This document shows positions 12,901 to 27,900 of a stretch of 64,000 nt of DNA, in pieces. A model generated the notes under the pieces. That model did not search any database. It saw only the letters and a list, made by a program, of their open reading frames with translations, and was not told where the DNA came from. Positions within the stretch are counted from its first letter, which is position 1. Every line of letters starts with the position of its first letter. Source of the DNA: Enoplolaimus lenunculus (lineage: Eukaryota); the NCBI GenBank assembly GCA_030248215.1, contig JASANG010003130.1:248001-312000 (forward strand). The letters are read 5' to 3'. A program made the position numbers and the translations under genes.

Positions 12901-15900
12901 GTTGATTAGGGCCATATTCTCAAATGTGTGTAGCAACTATCATCAGTTAATAATAGGTGTTAAACTTACTAACTCAGTTGCTAAACTCAAAATTGGTACA
13001 GGAGTAGAGCAAAATGAATGCGAAAAATATGCTGAATTTTCCTCCCCAGCATACACTGGTTGCAAAGTTACAAGACCTATCACCAACTGGTGATGGGTGA
13101 TGCTCACATTTGAGAATGCGAGCGAAGTAATGACAGAGTTGAAAACACCATTTAAACTTTCCGAACAAAATGAGCACCAGACTTAGATTAATGCCAAATT
13201 AATAAGTAGGGGGTCGCTAAACATTTTTCAGGAGAGGCAGAGGCATATCAGGGGTGGTTTTGTTGACTTACTAGCAAGGTTGAAAATTGTCGAGGGGGAA
13301 ACAAAATTTTTCGGTGGGGAACTGAGCCATCTTGGCTAAACGCCTGTCGCGTTCTCTACATGTTCGCTTGAGCTTTTTTACTAATAAATGTCCTAGTTTG
13401 TTACTGCGAACTGAAATTGTTTTTGTTCCAAAATAGCAAAAAATCTAATGCTAAACGTACCTTAGTATATTCACGTAATGCCACCGCTCGCCTTGCGCGA
13501 GGTATCAAAAATCGTAGAATTCTCCTAAAATTTACATGGTAAATCGTTTTCAGCTAATGAAAGAAAAATAAAAAAACTCTTGTGAAAAAGTTACACAATT
13601 GGAATCAACATTTTTGAATGTTCAAAAATTGCAGAGCCATAGGAAAAATTTATTCCATGACATTTTGAATGCAACTTTCAAACTAAAATATCCAATTTTA
13701 TTGCAAAATTGTCCAATCGTAGCTGTTTGACCAACAATATTAAGCAATTCATGTTACCGTGTAAAATTGCAGATCATGGTCTGTTTTTTCAAATGTGTTA
13801 GGACCAATCACCAGTTAGCAATACGTTTTCAAATAAGCGAACTACAGCAACTACAAATGTCAAACTTGCGTCACAAGTATGAACGCTCAGATGCAAGTAA
13901 TGCGCAAAAATTTAAAGTTCTCGATTGGCTGGTTAAAAATTTCTATCTCCACCAACTTGTGATAGGTGCTACAGAGATCTGAGAATACGGTCACTTAAGA
14001 AAACTTATAAATAGTAACCAATCATTAAACTTTCAGCCACAAAGGATGATATGATGGTCCGAAATTACATCATATATCAAATATCAAATATTCATTTCGA
14101 AAAATAGACATTCCCTCACACGCATCAAGTGGAAGGGCTCTGCGGGGGCGGTAGCACAACACCGAAAAAATTTTTTTGCGACAAAATTCCAAGGTCCCTA
14201 CCTTACAATTTATACTTTGGTGCTGTCCACACAATTTTGTCTAGATCTGAAGTGTCTATGGTTACTACACTTAAAAAACTTCGTCTGCAACGACATTTTG
14301 TGTCAAATTTTTTACCAGACGGACATAAAACCAAAATTTTGTGTTGATAATTATCACTGAAACGGCGTTTCGCATCTCGCTTGATTCGCCCGTGAGTGTT
14401 TATTGCAAGCCCACAGAAAAAATTTCTGGATCAACTGCTGTTCTCTCAGATAACCAGCACTCTCCCGCGATATCAATTTGCCGCCAGATAACTTGTAATC
14501 CGAAATTTCATCGACTCGACCATGCGCCGCCCATCATTATGCTTAGGCTTAGGATTACGGTTATGATTATTCTTAGATATATTCATAGGTTTTACGACAC
14601 TGTTGGGCGACAAGTTGTCGGGCGACGAATTGTCATAGATTCTCCTCTACCACTCGTTAATACATCTCTCTAAATGTATTATAAAATTTGTTCTATATTT
14701 GAAACTGTAAAACCAAACGACAGTTACTACTCGACGCTTATAAGTGTATTTCTAATTCTGCAATTTCTACCCTCAACTTACTTGCTATTGTTAGACACGG
14801 GTGTTTTCAGTTGATTAATCGCGTCTTCTATCGAAAGAGATTGGTTTTTTGGACTCAGACATCGTTTGTCTTTAACCATAGCCTTAAAAATAAATGCATA
14901 CAATCGGTACTAATTTGAACACGCAATCATTTAATTTACTAATCCTGTTGCAATTTCATAAAAAAAATTATTTTTTTGATCATAACGCCAAAATTAGTTA
15001 ACGTATGAGCAGCAATGGTATTTCGATGCCAAGAATTAACGTCTATGTGTATTACCACATCTTCAGAGTAACTCAAACCAAACTTAGGTGGACATTTGAA
15101 CCAGGTATAAAATAATTAAATCCAGTATTTTCAATAAATTTCAAGTAAAACATATTTGAATGAAATTGTTTTCAAAACAAGTCTGCTTTATTGGAGCATT
15201 GTTAAAATTATTTGTCAGATGAACAATTTGAAGTTTAAAAAGTTAAAGATTTAATAAGAACGTGTCTGGGTACAGTTAGTTAGCTTAAAAAAGTTTACAC
15301 TCATTGGTTGGGTTTCTGAAATTTTACTTAAGTATTAACTTAAGTTATGCTTTAATTACTTAAGTCGCCGACTTAGGTAAGTACTTAAAAATATGGGCCA
15401 TTGCCATGGCATGAAACTAATAGTTTTGCTTTAAATTAAGAAGACATCATTAGCCTACAATTTCAATTAGACCAAGGTTAGTATGCCTGAGCGATAAATT
15501 TGTAGTATATCAAATTTAGTCAGCGAGCTAAGTATTTAGTTAACTTAAGTACGCTTTTAACACGGGCAAATATTCAAGTAATTACGTAGCTTATTTATCA
15601 AGGGTACAAACCAACTGTTTCATTAAATTAGCCTCGAGCCTTTAACAAAAACGTGATAATGACAAACTCTAAATGTATTCACCCAGTTCATTACAGTGGC
15701 CAAAAGGTAGAAATACAGTGAAAAATTGTTAAAGTTAACTGAACATAAATAGCATTTAACCCAAAACTGAAAAATTTTCTCGTACCTGAAGTGTAGGCAC
15801 CAACTGGCTTGGATCCATTTCCCACGCTGGGACGCCAAGATCAATCTGAAACAAAACAAAAACCACATGACTAAATATAAAACTTCTATTAAAACGACGT

Positions 15901-18900
15901 TTTAGAAAATACGCAACAGTACTACCCAACCTTTTGGTCAATCGTTAATACTACAACTACCTGAATCAATCCAAGTCGCAACTCTTATTTACGATTCGCC
16001 CAAAATTAACCTCTGCTGATAGAAAAAGCATTATACTTATTTTTTGGACTATGAATATTGTTTTTTTTTGTTAATTTGTCATTTCGTTTATCGAATTTGT
16101 AGCATTCGGCGTCCACCAGTTCGGAAACTTTTACTAAGACAACATACAATTGACCCTGGATATTCAGTATACGCACATATGACATTAAGTAAGCTTCTGA
16201 CTCTATTAAAATCTTCGGTAATAATTGCCTACAAATACATTTATCTACAAATCCTATGTATCATATACCTCCCGCAAGGATCGGTGCCCATGTTTAGTGA
16301 TAAAGCTTCGGAATTCCTTGCACACTTTACTCGAGGGTTCCGGCCTAGAAAGCCACGCAACGGCTTCCTAAAACACGATAACAGGTTGGGTTTTCAACAT
16401 TTCAGAAACCTTAATAACGATAGTATACGTTCATATTATCCAACGTGTATAGCACCTATCACAAGTTAGCGATACATTTTCAAACTGACTAACACCTGCA
16501 ACTGCGAATATCTAAATTTGTGTAGAAGTAGAACCAATCAAAGGCAAAAAATGTGCTAAATTTCGAACGCAATCATTCACTGGTCCGTAAATTACACGAC
16601 TTATCATCAACTGGTGGTGATAGGTGCTACATGCATCTGAGAATACCAGCCATAGATATAGCAGTTGAGACTCATACAACGTAACCACATTAGAAAATTA
16701 TAACTAGAGCATTTAAGCGATAATTAATGCTTATATTTTCAAATGCATGAAACACCTGTGATCAGATCCAGATGGTAAAATAGGTCGTGTAACTTTCCAC
16801 CTGGCCCATTTTCAGGCTATACTTTATGAATTGTGTTACCTTATTTGCTTTTCCGCTTCAGTTTTTTTCGACGATTAATTTGCAAACTTGGCATCCGTAT
16901 ATTGTAAAATCAATAGTTGTCTTATGTTTCCAGTATTTCTTTGCCCAGGTTTGTTTTAAAATCGGAAATCAGTCAATAGCGATGGACAATATTACTCTTA
17001 GTGCCGCAACAGCAGATTAAACATATTCTTAAGCCTAAGCCTATTAAGCAAAAAAGTGTTGTAGTCAAGAATCTAAGCCTACCCTTTTACAAACGTAACA
17101 GAAACCGGGACGGCCCTAAAAGTACCATGGGCCACAGTGATAATTACAAAGCCCTTAGGGATGCTTATTCTACCTGTGTGGACATATTTTTGAACATTTC
17201 ACAATCTTGGCTTTCGTAAATCGTTGCGGCCAATTTCTAAAACAAATATTAACTAATATTTCAACGTCGAATGTTACAATTTTGATAGTGAAGTTTTCCA
17301 AATTTGATCGAAGCTGTATTGTTATATGGGCATGTTTGTAAGTTTCGTGCAATTTTCGAAGTATTAATAGCTAAGAGCAAGCTTCTATAGTTGTAGTGAT
17401 GACGGTAAACGCGTTTCGTTCCAGCGACAGGTTTGCTTTTACACTTGAAAAATCTGAGAGCTGTTCGCTTTCTTGTCCATATTAACTACAAATCTATCAG
17501 CATCAAACCTGCAAATCAACCTCAACATTTCAAACCAGTACAGGCAAAATAGGTGTAAATTAGATTACGTAATTGCTAATTAATTTTTCACTTTTCACTA
17601 TATTTCTTAGAAACATTTACCACACAATCACTTACTTGAATGGCTGTTGGCACATCGGCGCTTTCAACATCGTCTCCTGACGTATACAAACTGCTAAGAT
17701 CTGTGTACTGTTCAGGTTTCCAATCTAAAACAGTAGAAAAAAATTACAAAAAATCAAAATAAAGCTCTTTTCACATATGCTTTCGTTGCATTTTTAGACA
17801 TCGTATTTTCAGCAAGATCACTTAAAAAAGTATCAATTTTATTGTATGCTAATGATATTCAGAAGTTGTATGTTAGTACATGACCTGCGAACATACGCTC
17901 AAATGCATGTACCTATTACCAGTTGGTGTTTTACCTTTGGATTCAGCCAATGAAAATTTTTCAAAATTTAGCGAGTTTGTGGCATTTTGGTTTTTGCTAC
18001 TTGTGAGCCAAGTTTGATTTTAGTAACAGCCGCAGTTCGTTAGTTTGAAAACCTATTAATAACAGGTGAAAAGTGCTACGATTCAGACCATATGGGCCAT
18101 TGGCTAAATTTTATACACAAGAATTTAATACACAAGAATTTATGCTTTTACAAACCTAAACATATTTCATATGCTTCCTAGAGCTGAAATCCGTCTTGAT
18201 ACGTATAGCAGTATCATGGTTATGCTCAAGAAACCAAGTACCAAAAACCTGACAAAATAAATAAGCAGAAGCTACGCACTAACCAATGCAAGCTAACACA
18301 ATAATAAAAGCGGTGATTGACAATCATTTCAAATACTTTCGTCCAAACAAATGAACGAACCGAGGGCTCTTTGGCACATATATGGTACAGAGTAAAAATT
18401 GTGTTTCATAACGTGTGCCAGCGAACCTCCTGTCCGAAATTTCTGTTTCCGCACCTTTGTTTTAGTAAACGCTTAGCCAAAGGTTTAGACTAAGGATTAG
18501 GGATTAGGCTTCGTTAGCTAGCATTTTGACTCACTATTTTTTGCAGTGTAGTTTACCATATACACTCACTGTATTGCTCAAGACATCAATACGAAACAGT
18601 GTGAGCCTGCTCTTGAAAAAGTTGGCTCGTCAAACAGGCAGACGTTTGACAACACGCAACGAATTATATATATGATCGCAAAAAACCTTTAACGAATCTA
18701 AGCATATTCTTAAACGTAATCCTTAGCCTAAGCCTAAGTCTAAGCCTAATGATGCGCGACGAAATGTCGAATAGATGAAATGTCGGGTTACAAGTTAGGT
18801 ATCGATCGACGAGTTGTCAACCCACGAATTGTCGTGATGCCGTCATTTCTATAGGTTAGTCGAGAAATTCGGCAACTGCCACTAACCTTTGTTCGCAGAC

Positions 18901-21900
18901 GCATAACGCAGCAGACGTAACCCCAGAGTGTAATAAAACGCAGCTATTCGAGATGCGCTAATATGCATAGTGACTATCTAAAAGAAACTATGACAGTTTC
19001 ATGCTTGTTACAGCTGATTACATTTGAATTTTTAAGAAAACTGAAACAAAGACGATCGTATTTTGAAGTATTTGCGGAAGCAAAATTGTAATTATTACGT
19101 CATTATCACTCGGAAAAATAAGCAAATTTCGCAAGCTGTCAGTCAGTTTTATGAGAGTCAATAAAATAATTAAGCAAGCCAAGAATGAACAAAATGAAGA
19201 AATCATTCATCAACGGTATAAAACCCTACCGAAAAAATCATACATATTCAATATTTTGTAATCTCAAAGTGGTCTGATTTATAGAGAAATGTAACCTGTA
19301 GTTATGTTGTCACCAGGGTGCAACGGAATTACGTTCCGGTTCCGGCAATTTTTGACCTTCCGGTTCGGGTAAATTTTTACCGCAATTAAAAATCCCGGTA
19401 TTAAATTTTGGTCGGTGGAAATTAAGATATTTCACCAAAAAATGAAGACATAAATTAAATAGATTTCATTAGTACAGTATGCAAACCGTGACAATCGCCG
19501 AAAATAAACCATCGAAGGTAAATTTCGCGTTCGTGAGTTATGAAAATCTAAAATACAGGAGATAAAGTGAATACCTATCTCCAACTAAGGTTATTTCACC
19601 CATAAGATTGCAAAAAAGAAAATTAAAATGAATTTTTCGGTGGCTTGTATTTCGGGTTCCGCTAATTTTTTCAAATTCCGGTTCCGGTTCCGGTGAATTG
19701 TAATTCCGGTTGCCATACACTAAACATATCAAGAGAAAACTGTTCAATATGCAAGCAAACGGAAAAATCTAACACAGACCTATGCTTACAATACAAACAC
19801 TTTAAGCGAAAAGGAAATCTGAACCGTGCCCTCAAACCTCCAATTCAGCGGCATCGTACGTCGATTGGCAAACTCAACCGATAAACATTAATTAGTTATT
19901 TTTTCGGTTTTAATTTATTACTGCAATTCAACCCAGAGACGTGTGAAATATTGTTTCTAAGGGTTCAATCAGGCCCATAGAGGAAATATAACCTTTAAAT
20001 ACTTGTACAAGCTGTAGATTAACACGCTCTTTCTTAAATTTTCAATTGGTTTGGCGTTCGCTACGCGTGTTTGTAAAATACACTATTTAACATTATGCCC
20101 TAACGAAATCGAACCCTGGCTGCGCGCCTAACTCGGTAGCTTTGCCAAAAATGTCGCTTTATGAATAATCACACTGCATCAAAATGTTGTTCATCCAGCG
20201 GTCATAAAGTGTCACCAAATCGGGCCTCGACAGAAAATTTTAATGGCTTGACGCTTTACAGTAGGTACATGCGCTGTCCTGGCGAAAAGTCTTACACCAA
20301 TTTTTAGTATTTTTAAAAAAATGGTTCGCATGTTTTACACGATATCTCGACAATTCGTCGCCGGACAACTCGTTGATCGACAACTTGTAATCCGAAATTT
20401 CATCTACTCAATAGCTCGTCGCCTGTCATTATGCTTAGGCTTAGCATTAAGTTTACGATTACGCTTATAGGATTATGCTTAGATTCATTCATAAGCTTAG
20501 GAGCACTGTTCGGCGACAAGCTGTCGGGTGACGGGTTCACACGCGTGAAGCCCTTCCAACATTCCCGCAGAAGATATAGCATAAAAAACTTCATTCCAAA
20601 TCTATAGTGCTTTTACTATGAATATTCATCTAAAATTACTTCATATTGTAAAATATTGCTGCAAGCATTAAACGCAAAACAGTCAAAATTTTTTGAATTT
20701 TGGCTAATTTTTCAAGCTCTGCTGTTAGTTTAAGCAAGTTTTATACCATAATTTACTGACGATAACAAACAGTGAATCCCGGCGTTGTAATACATTGAGG
20801 CAATGGTGCTGGTGTTTACATGCAGCTGCCACGCAGCCTTAAAATATTTAAGCCCAGCAGTTAAGTTATGGTTCATTATATTGTGTATTGCATTCATTAC
20901 TATGAATAGTATAATGGGTGAACGATCGTTTACATAAGAGCGTGCAACTGGGTACATTCTGTGTGAAGACCGTAGGATAAAAAACGCAATGTGCAACTGG
21001 GTACATTCTGTGTGAGGACAGTAGGACAAAAAACGCAATATGCAGCTGGGTACATTCTGTGTGAGGACAGTAGGACAAAAAACGCAATATGCAACTGGGT
21101 ACATTCTGTGTGAGGACAGTAGGACAAAAAACGCAATATGCAGCTGGGTACATTCTGTGTGAGGACAGTAGGACAAAAAACGCAATGTGCAACTGGGTAC
21201 ATTCTGTGTGAGGACAGTAGGACAAAAAACGCAATATGCAGCTGGGTACATTCTGTGTGAGGACAGTAGGACAAAAAACGCAATATGCAACTGGGTACAT
21301 TCTGTGTGAGGACAGTAGGACAAAAAACGCAATATGCAGCTGGGTACATTCTGTGTGAGGACAGTAGGACAAAAAACGCAATATGCAACTGGGTACATTC
21401 TGTGTGAGGACAGTAGGACAAAAAACGCAATATGCAGCTGGGTACATTCTGTGTGAGGACAGTAGGACAAAAAACGCAATGTGCAACTGGGTACATTCTG
21501 TGTGAGGACAGTAGGACAAAAAACGCAATATGCAGCTGGGTACATTCTGTGTGAGGACAGTAGGACAAAAAACGCAATATGCAACTGGGTACATTCTGTG
21601 TGAGGACAGTAGGACAAAAAACGCAATATGCAGCTGGGTACATTCTGTGTGAGGACAGTAGGACAAAAAACGCAATATGCAACTGGGTACATTCTGTGTG
21701 AGGACAGTAGGACAAAAAACGCAATATGCAGCTGGGTACATTCTGTGTGAGGACAGTAGGACAAAAAACGCAATGTGCAACTGGGTGCATTCTGTGTGCA
21801 AAAACAATGTACCTACCCAGCGCACGTTGCGTTTTTGGCCTACCGCCATTATTCAGATGGGTTAAAATTTGTGCAAAGAAAGCAATTACATAAATGCCAA

Positions 21901-24900
21901 TGGCCAAAATGTACTTCGTATATAGTCGTAAAATTCCAAGTGTACTCTATCACGTGACATCGACCCCCTAAACAATGAGGTACAACAAAACTGCACCGCA
22001 CGATGGCACATTTTGTACCATGCGAAATCCGACAGTCGCACGCTCTTGTCCAACGGTGATCATACACTCTCAACAGTATTACGTAATAGTAAAAGATTCT
22101 GTGGTCGGAAAGGTTATGTTTTTAAACACATAAACTTAAAAAACCTACCAGAGTTCCTAAAAACTGCACTATTTAACCACTGAAAAACTGACTAATTTAA
22201 CAAAATTAGCTGTATTATTTTTTAATAAGTGTCCGCTAGTTTTTGACTAACAAAACGATTAGTCTTCAGTAGATTTAGTAAGACATTCTCGTTAACGTGA
22301 GAACATTTCAGCGTTAAAAGTCCAGCAAATAATAATCATCCTAGCATATTACGTTATATGGGTCCATAAAATTAGAACCCGAGGATGCCGGTATTTCACA
22401 TGAGTGGCACAGTATTTAGCAGTACGATTGAAGTTGTCCGAGGGGGTATTAAATGTTGCACCCACTTTGACTAGTGTTTAAACAAGTCAAATTCTTATTA
22501 TTCATAATCAATACAATTGTCAGTCTAGATTAGAACTGAGGGACATCAGGCTTTTTACTAAGCAGCTGGAAACGCGGGTTACGGGTAGTTTCGAACTAGC
22601 GACCTTCGGCGCGTCAGGCAGACGCTGTTACCACTGAGCCACGTAACCCGCCTGTCCAACTGCATTTTTCGTCGACTATATGTGTCGACCGTATGCTCCC
22701 GGCAAGCATACTACACAATGTGCATTGCATTACTGCATATGCACTAGCACAAGCATGTCTCACATGCCTACAACAATGAGGGGGCGTACAAGAAGAGCAC
22801 AGATAGGAAAGATATCTCCGCTCCCGAAATTTCTAGGGACGCAAACCCAATGCACTTTTAACTCGATTCACAATAACTCCTGACTTTTAGAGGTCAGAAA
22901 TTTTTGTACATAAAATTTTACCGCTCCCAAGCTTAACTCGTTGCTACACCGCTCAATACAATGTTAACTTACGGTAAGCGATTGTTCAACAACTGAAGTA
23001 GCCGCGGACTGAATTTCTTCTACTGTCATATTGTTGTTGTATATTTCCAGCTTGTTCCATTTTTCGTGTAACCTATCAGCGTCTTTTTTCAAATTGTTCC
23101 AAAACGTCAACTAAAACAATTTCAAACCTCTATAGATAAATCACATCAAAAACTCATTATATAACGCAAAAAGTTGTAAATTTGAGTCCATATTTCACTT
23201 TCATTTACGAAATGTAGCAGCTATTAGTGAAAAAAATCGAATTTAAAAAGTGAATTATTAAACAAACAAACCTTTAAAACACGCATCAGCAATACAATTT
23301 GCCGAGCCGGCGAATCTTTTTCATAACGTCGTTCAACGTCTTCACGGATTGGAAAATCCTTAACCGGATGCCCAAGCATAACAATTTCAGACCCAAACCG
23401 TTGGTGTTCCGGCTGCCAGCCAACTGATGCATAAAACGACTGAACAAAACCAACCAACATAATATTTTTAAAATTTGAATTTTTTTACGAAAATTTAGTT
23501 AAAAATTCTACGGCGCATATTCATTTTACACAAATAAATCTTAAACTTTTAAGTTTACTGATTGTTGTTCCAGCGTAAATTCTATCAGCTACGTTGCTTT
23601 TTGTGGCAATTTAAAATTCAATTTATTGCAATAACTAGTCAGATAGTGGTTGGGTTTCTAAAACATACTTAAGTACAACTTAGTCCTTAAGTTCGTGCTA
23701 AGTAATCAGTTAACCATTTTGGCGTTTTTAAAAGCTTACGTAAGTGAAGTAAATATTTAATCGTTGATTAATGTTGATGTATTACAGATTAACAGTAAAG
23801 GCATACCAAAACTTGGTCTAATTGACAGCGTAGACTCGTGCGTTGTTAATACAAAGCAAAACTATTACTTTCTTGTTCTGACAGTGGCTCACATTTGGTG
23901 TATATTTGGTTTTGCTCGAAAAGTTAAGTGTTTGGTTAAGTGGTGACTTACATAATTATATACTTAAGTACAACTTAAGTAAATATTTAACTAAGATTAC
24001 AGAAACTCAGCCACTGAATGTTTAAGAATTGCATACATTTTTGACATGTTATCGCTGCTTAAATGGTCAGCTCACGATCCTAAAGTGTGACTTAGGCAAT
24101 ATACAGTGGTGCGCTTTAATTTTCGTATTCAGTGAATCCTGCAAAATTTTTGGCGCCTCTCTAGTTTAAATTTTGTACATTCGACCTTGCATAACGTCCC
24201 GGCGTTAATAGCCGATGTGACGTACCTCCATTAGGTTAAGCAAACCGCGATTTCGATAAATTGCAATCTGCCGGAATGCATGAGCGCAAAATCCAAAATC
24301 TCGAACGAAAAAATCCTGAAACCAACCAAAAAACCCTCAAACCAACCAAAAAATCCTGAAACCAACCAAAAAAAGTTATTCAAACACCGTCATACAGATA
24401 CAGTGAGATCGAATTAAAAATAAACCCCCTCTAAGGACGAATGCGAAGTGAACCGCCCTATATTAATTATAGCAGCCTGTCCACTAAGCCTAAGCCTAAG
24501 CCTAAGCCTAATCATAACCCTAAGCATTTCAGTATTTAACTCAAACGGTCTTCAAGCGTCCCAGTGGGCAAGATAATGCACAACAAATTCGACTAATGGA
24601 AACGCAACCATTGATGCAAAAGTAAAGCGGGTTTCGTACTCAAGTTTACCTGAAGACTTTTGTCCAATACAGCAATTCCACTACTTATCGACAATGGACT
24701 TTGCGCTTTCGGCATGACTTCCCTACAACAGAATGCATTGAAGTGTCGTATTTAGAACAGAAATCCGTTTTTTTCACTCGGCGTAAGCAAATTATCTCGG
24801 AGTTTCGCTTCGCTTAATTAGAAATTCTAATTTTCGAATTATTCATTTCGGTTAAATATCGTGACTACATACCACTAAAGCTCAATTTCAAAGTTTTCAA

Positions 24901-27900
24901 CCCCCCCCCATACTGAAAAGGTGATCTGGCTACATTACTGGCTCTCAGCAACAAACTTACCCAACGTTACCAGTAGTATAATAATCCGTTTTACATACGG
25001 TTCCAGTATCGAACTCGTGTTGCATTTCAAAGTCACTTTCAACGAATAGAGTTGTAATAGGTCGAGTCTAAAGCACAAACCCCAAGATAAATATGTTTTG
25101 TTTGGCCCAGAAATTACGCCAAATTATTTTTCTAAATCTTCCGTTAAACTTGTAGTCTGGCAAAGTAAACTCAGATATAATGTTATTTTTTGCTTACATT
25201 AAATTCTAAGTTAACAAGATTTCGAAGTGACATAAAAATTGTGAAGGTGTCACTAACCTGTAGAATCCAAAATTTGCTACTATCGTATGCCCATTCTACA
25301 TCAACAGCATGTTGAAATGCTTGTTCAATCTGAAACAAGATTGTATATTCAGGAATATATTGATGCAAAATATCTATTATCAGTTAGCGGTAGGTTTTCG
25401 AACTAAAAAGTGATGCAATTAAGTGATCTCTATATGAGTACTACAGTATTCAAACGTGCTGTATTTCAACCCTCACCATCTACTGGTTATTACAATACCC
25501 ATAACAAACTGACAACAATGAGCGGGCTCGACAAGTCTCGGTAATTGTCTGGTCTCCGTCTCGGTCAGAGTTGGACATTACCCGCGGGTACCAAAGAATT
25601 TCAGGCGCGGGTATACCCGCTGGTAAAGATTTATATCACGCGGGCAAAAAATTGGCAGTTGTTTACCCGCAACAACTTTTTATGTGGTAACGTGAAAAAG
25701 AAAGAAATAATAGAATTTCCGTTATTTCTATAACAGAAACAGAAACGGACATTGATTTTTACCGGAAATTACCGGAAACGGATATCGGGTTACACCCGGG
25801 CAAATAATCATCTGATACTGATATTCATACTAGCCAAATATTACTAAGAACAACGCATGTCGATGCAATAAAGCGGGGTATGCTGCCCTTATTAAGCTAA
25901 TGAGGGGACGTAAAGTACTTCGAGTAAGCTTCCAGGTGTTACGTAACGTGATATGGTCTGTTTTACTTCTGGTCAGATGCTGTGCAATATTATACCGGTG
26001 CTTCATTTAGTTGGGTTTCAAATTTTGTTGTTTCTAGTAAACTTTCATGCGTAAAATTCATTGGAGCTATAAACGTAAAACTTCATTAAAGTGGGAATCA
26101 CCAGCAATCTTTAAAATTCCGGTTTAACTTCAGTCCCAGGTAAAAGGTGGGTCGCCGGTAGATCTCTTTAGCGCGGGTATACCAGCGGGTAAGAAATTCA
26201 TATGTGCACGGGTAAAGCGCGGGTCGGATAAAAATCCTCACCCAGTTCCAACTCTGGTCTCGGTCTCGTTTTTCAAAGTGTGGGTAGGTTTCAAACCGAG
26301 ACCAAAGGAAAAAATATATTCCCGTTGTTCTGCTCAACGTTCACTACAAAAGGGAGTCTATTGCATTTGTTGATTTTTAAATATATATTTGTTATTACAA
26401 TATACATCTCAGATTCTGTTAAAATTTAGACATCCAGTCCAGGTTATTCTAAAGCCTGCCAAGCACGTTTTTCTCAACTGCAGACATTTCGGGAACGCTT
26501 TATTCTCCTTATCCCATCTCTTGTAAACACGTCTCCAAACACAGCTCTCAAACTAAGCATTTTCCACCATTACAAATGTGGGCCCATGTATAGAACAGAG
26601 CCGGATCGTTTTCCGACGAGGCTGTAATAGAGTCAGTTTAAGCTTTATACGCTTAGGCTTAGGCTTAGGCTTAGGAATATGCTTATGCTACTGTTCCGGC
26701 CCTGTTCTATGCATGGGCCGTAATGTGTAACAAAACGTACCTGAAGTCCAATTTGGCACAACGCCAAAATATCTTCATCGTTGAGTATTTGCGATTGTTT
26801 ACGTTTTTGAACGAAATTATTGTTGACATCAGAAACAGCAGTTCCAGTTGATACTGAATCAGGCAATTGTTTGGAAACTATTTTGAACACATTCGCGTCA
26901 TATTCTCGTTTGACAACGTAAGTATCTGGTGTGACGGTGCCGCTTACAACTGCCTGCAACCAGTCGTAGTGGGACTACATTTATTGAGCGAAGCTCGAAC
27001 ACACGTAAGCAATTAAGGTAATATGCAAATTAGTTATTAGCTAACTATTCATTTATCGGTTTTGGAGGTTTGTATGCAATTTCCTCAGATTCCTCGCACC
27101 CAAAAACCCTTCAGCCACCCTATAATTTTTGGAATAATTTAAAAAGTCCTAATTTTGTCTTGTCAATTAAGCTAATATGCAAATTAACTATTAGCTAACA
27201 AATCAATTATCGGTGTTGGAAATCTGTAAACAATTTATTCAGATTCCTCGCACCCAAAAACCTTCAGTGAACCCTAAAAATTATTGAAATAATTTAAAAA
27301 GTCATAGTTTTGCATTGTTAATTAAGCTAATATGCAAATTAGTGATTAGCTAACTATTCAATTATCGGCTTTGGATGTTTGTAAACTATTTATTCAAATT
27401 CCATGCACCTAAAAACCCTTTAGTGCTGAAATTATATTGCTTTTAACCTTAATAATTAGTGAAATATTGTAAAAAGTCCTAATTTAGGCATATAACCTAT
27501 ACTAATATGCAAATTATCTATTAGCTAACTGCTCAATCATCGGTTTTGGAGTTTGTAAATAGTCTATGCAGATTGCTCGCACCCAAAACCCTTTAATGCT
27601 AAAATTAGATTGCTTCTAACTGTAATAATTAGTCAAATATTGTGGAAAGTCCTAATTTAGGATTAATTAATTATGCAAATTAGCCTCTAGCTAATAAACG
27701 GCTTAAAATTTTTAAACCCCAATGCGAGGTTAACACCCCAGGATAATTGGCTTTCAAACAAAAAAAGTTTATCAAAATCGATTCAACCGTTCCTGAGATT
27801 CTTTTCGGACGGACAGACGGACAGACGGACGGACGGACATCCACCTTTCGACCCCAAAGTACAAAACATAAAACGCTTCGCGAAACTCCGAGCTTCGCTC

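Noticed and set aside
20942..21798. CRISPR array
   Set aside because: Units are contiguous with no unique spacers, there are no cas genes, and the context is a eukaryotic intron.
20730..21907. Three 325-347-aa ORFs on the minus strand
   Set aside because: Artefact of a stop-free 49-bp repeat read in all three frames; only 20837-20747 is a real exon.
24460..24525. True telomere or telomerase RNA template at GCCTAA runs
   Set aside because: Runs are short, interstitial and mostly inside dispersed repeats; no supporting RNA structure could be identified.
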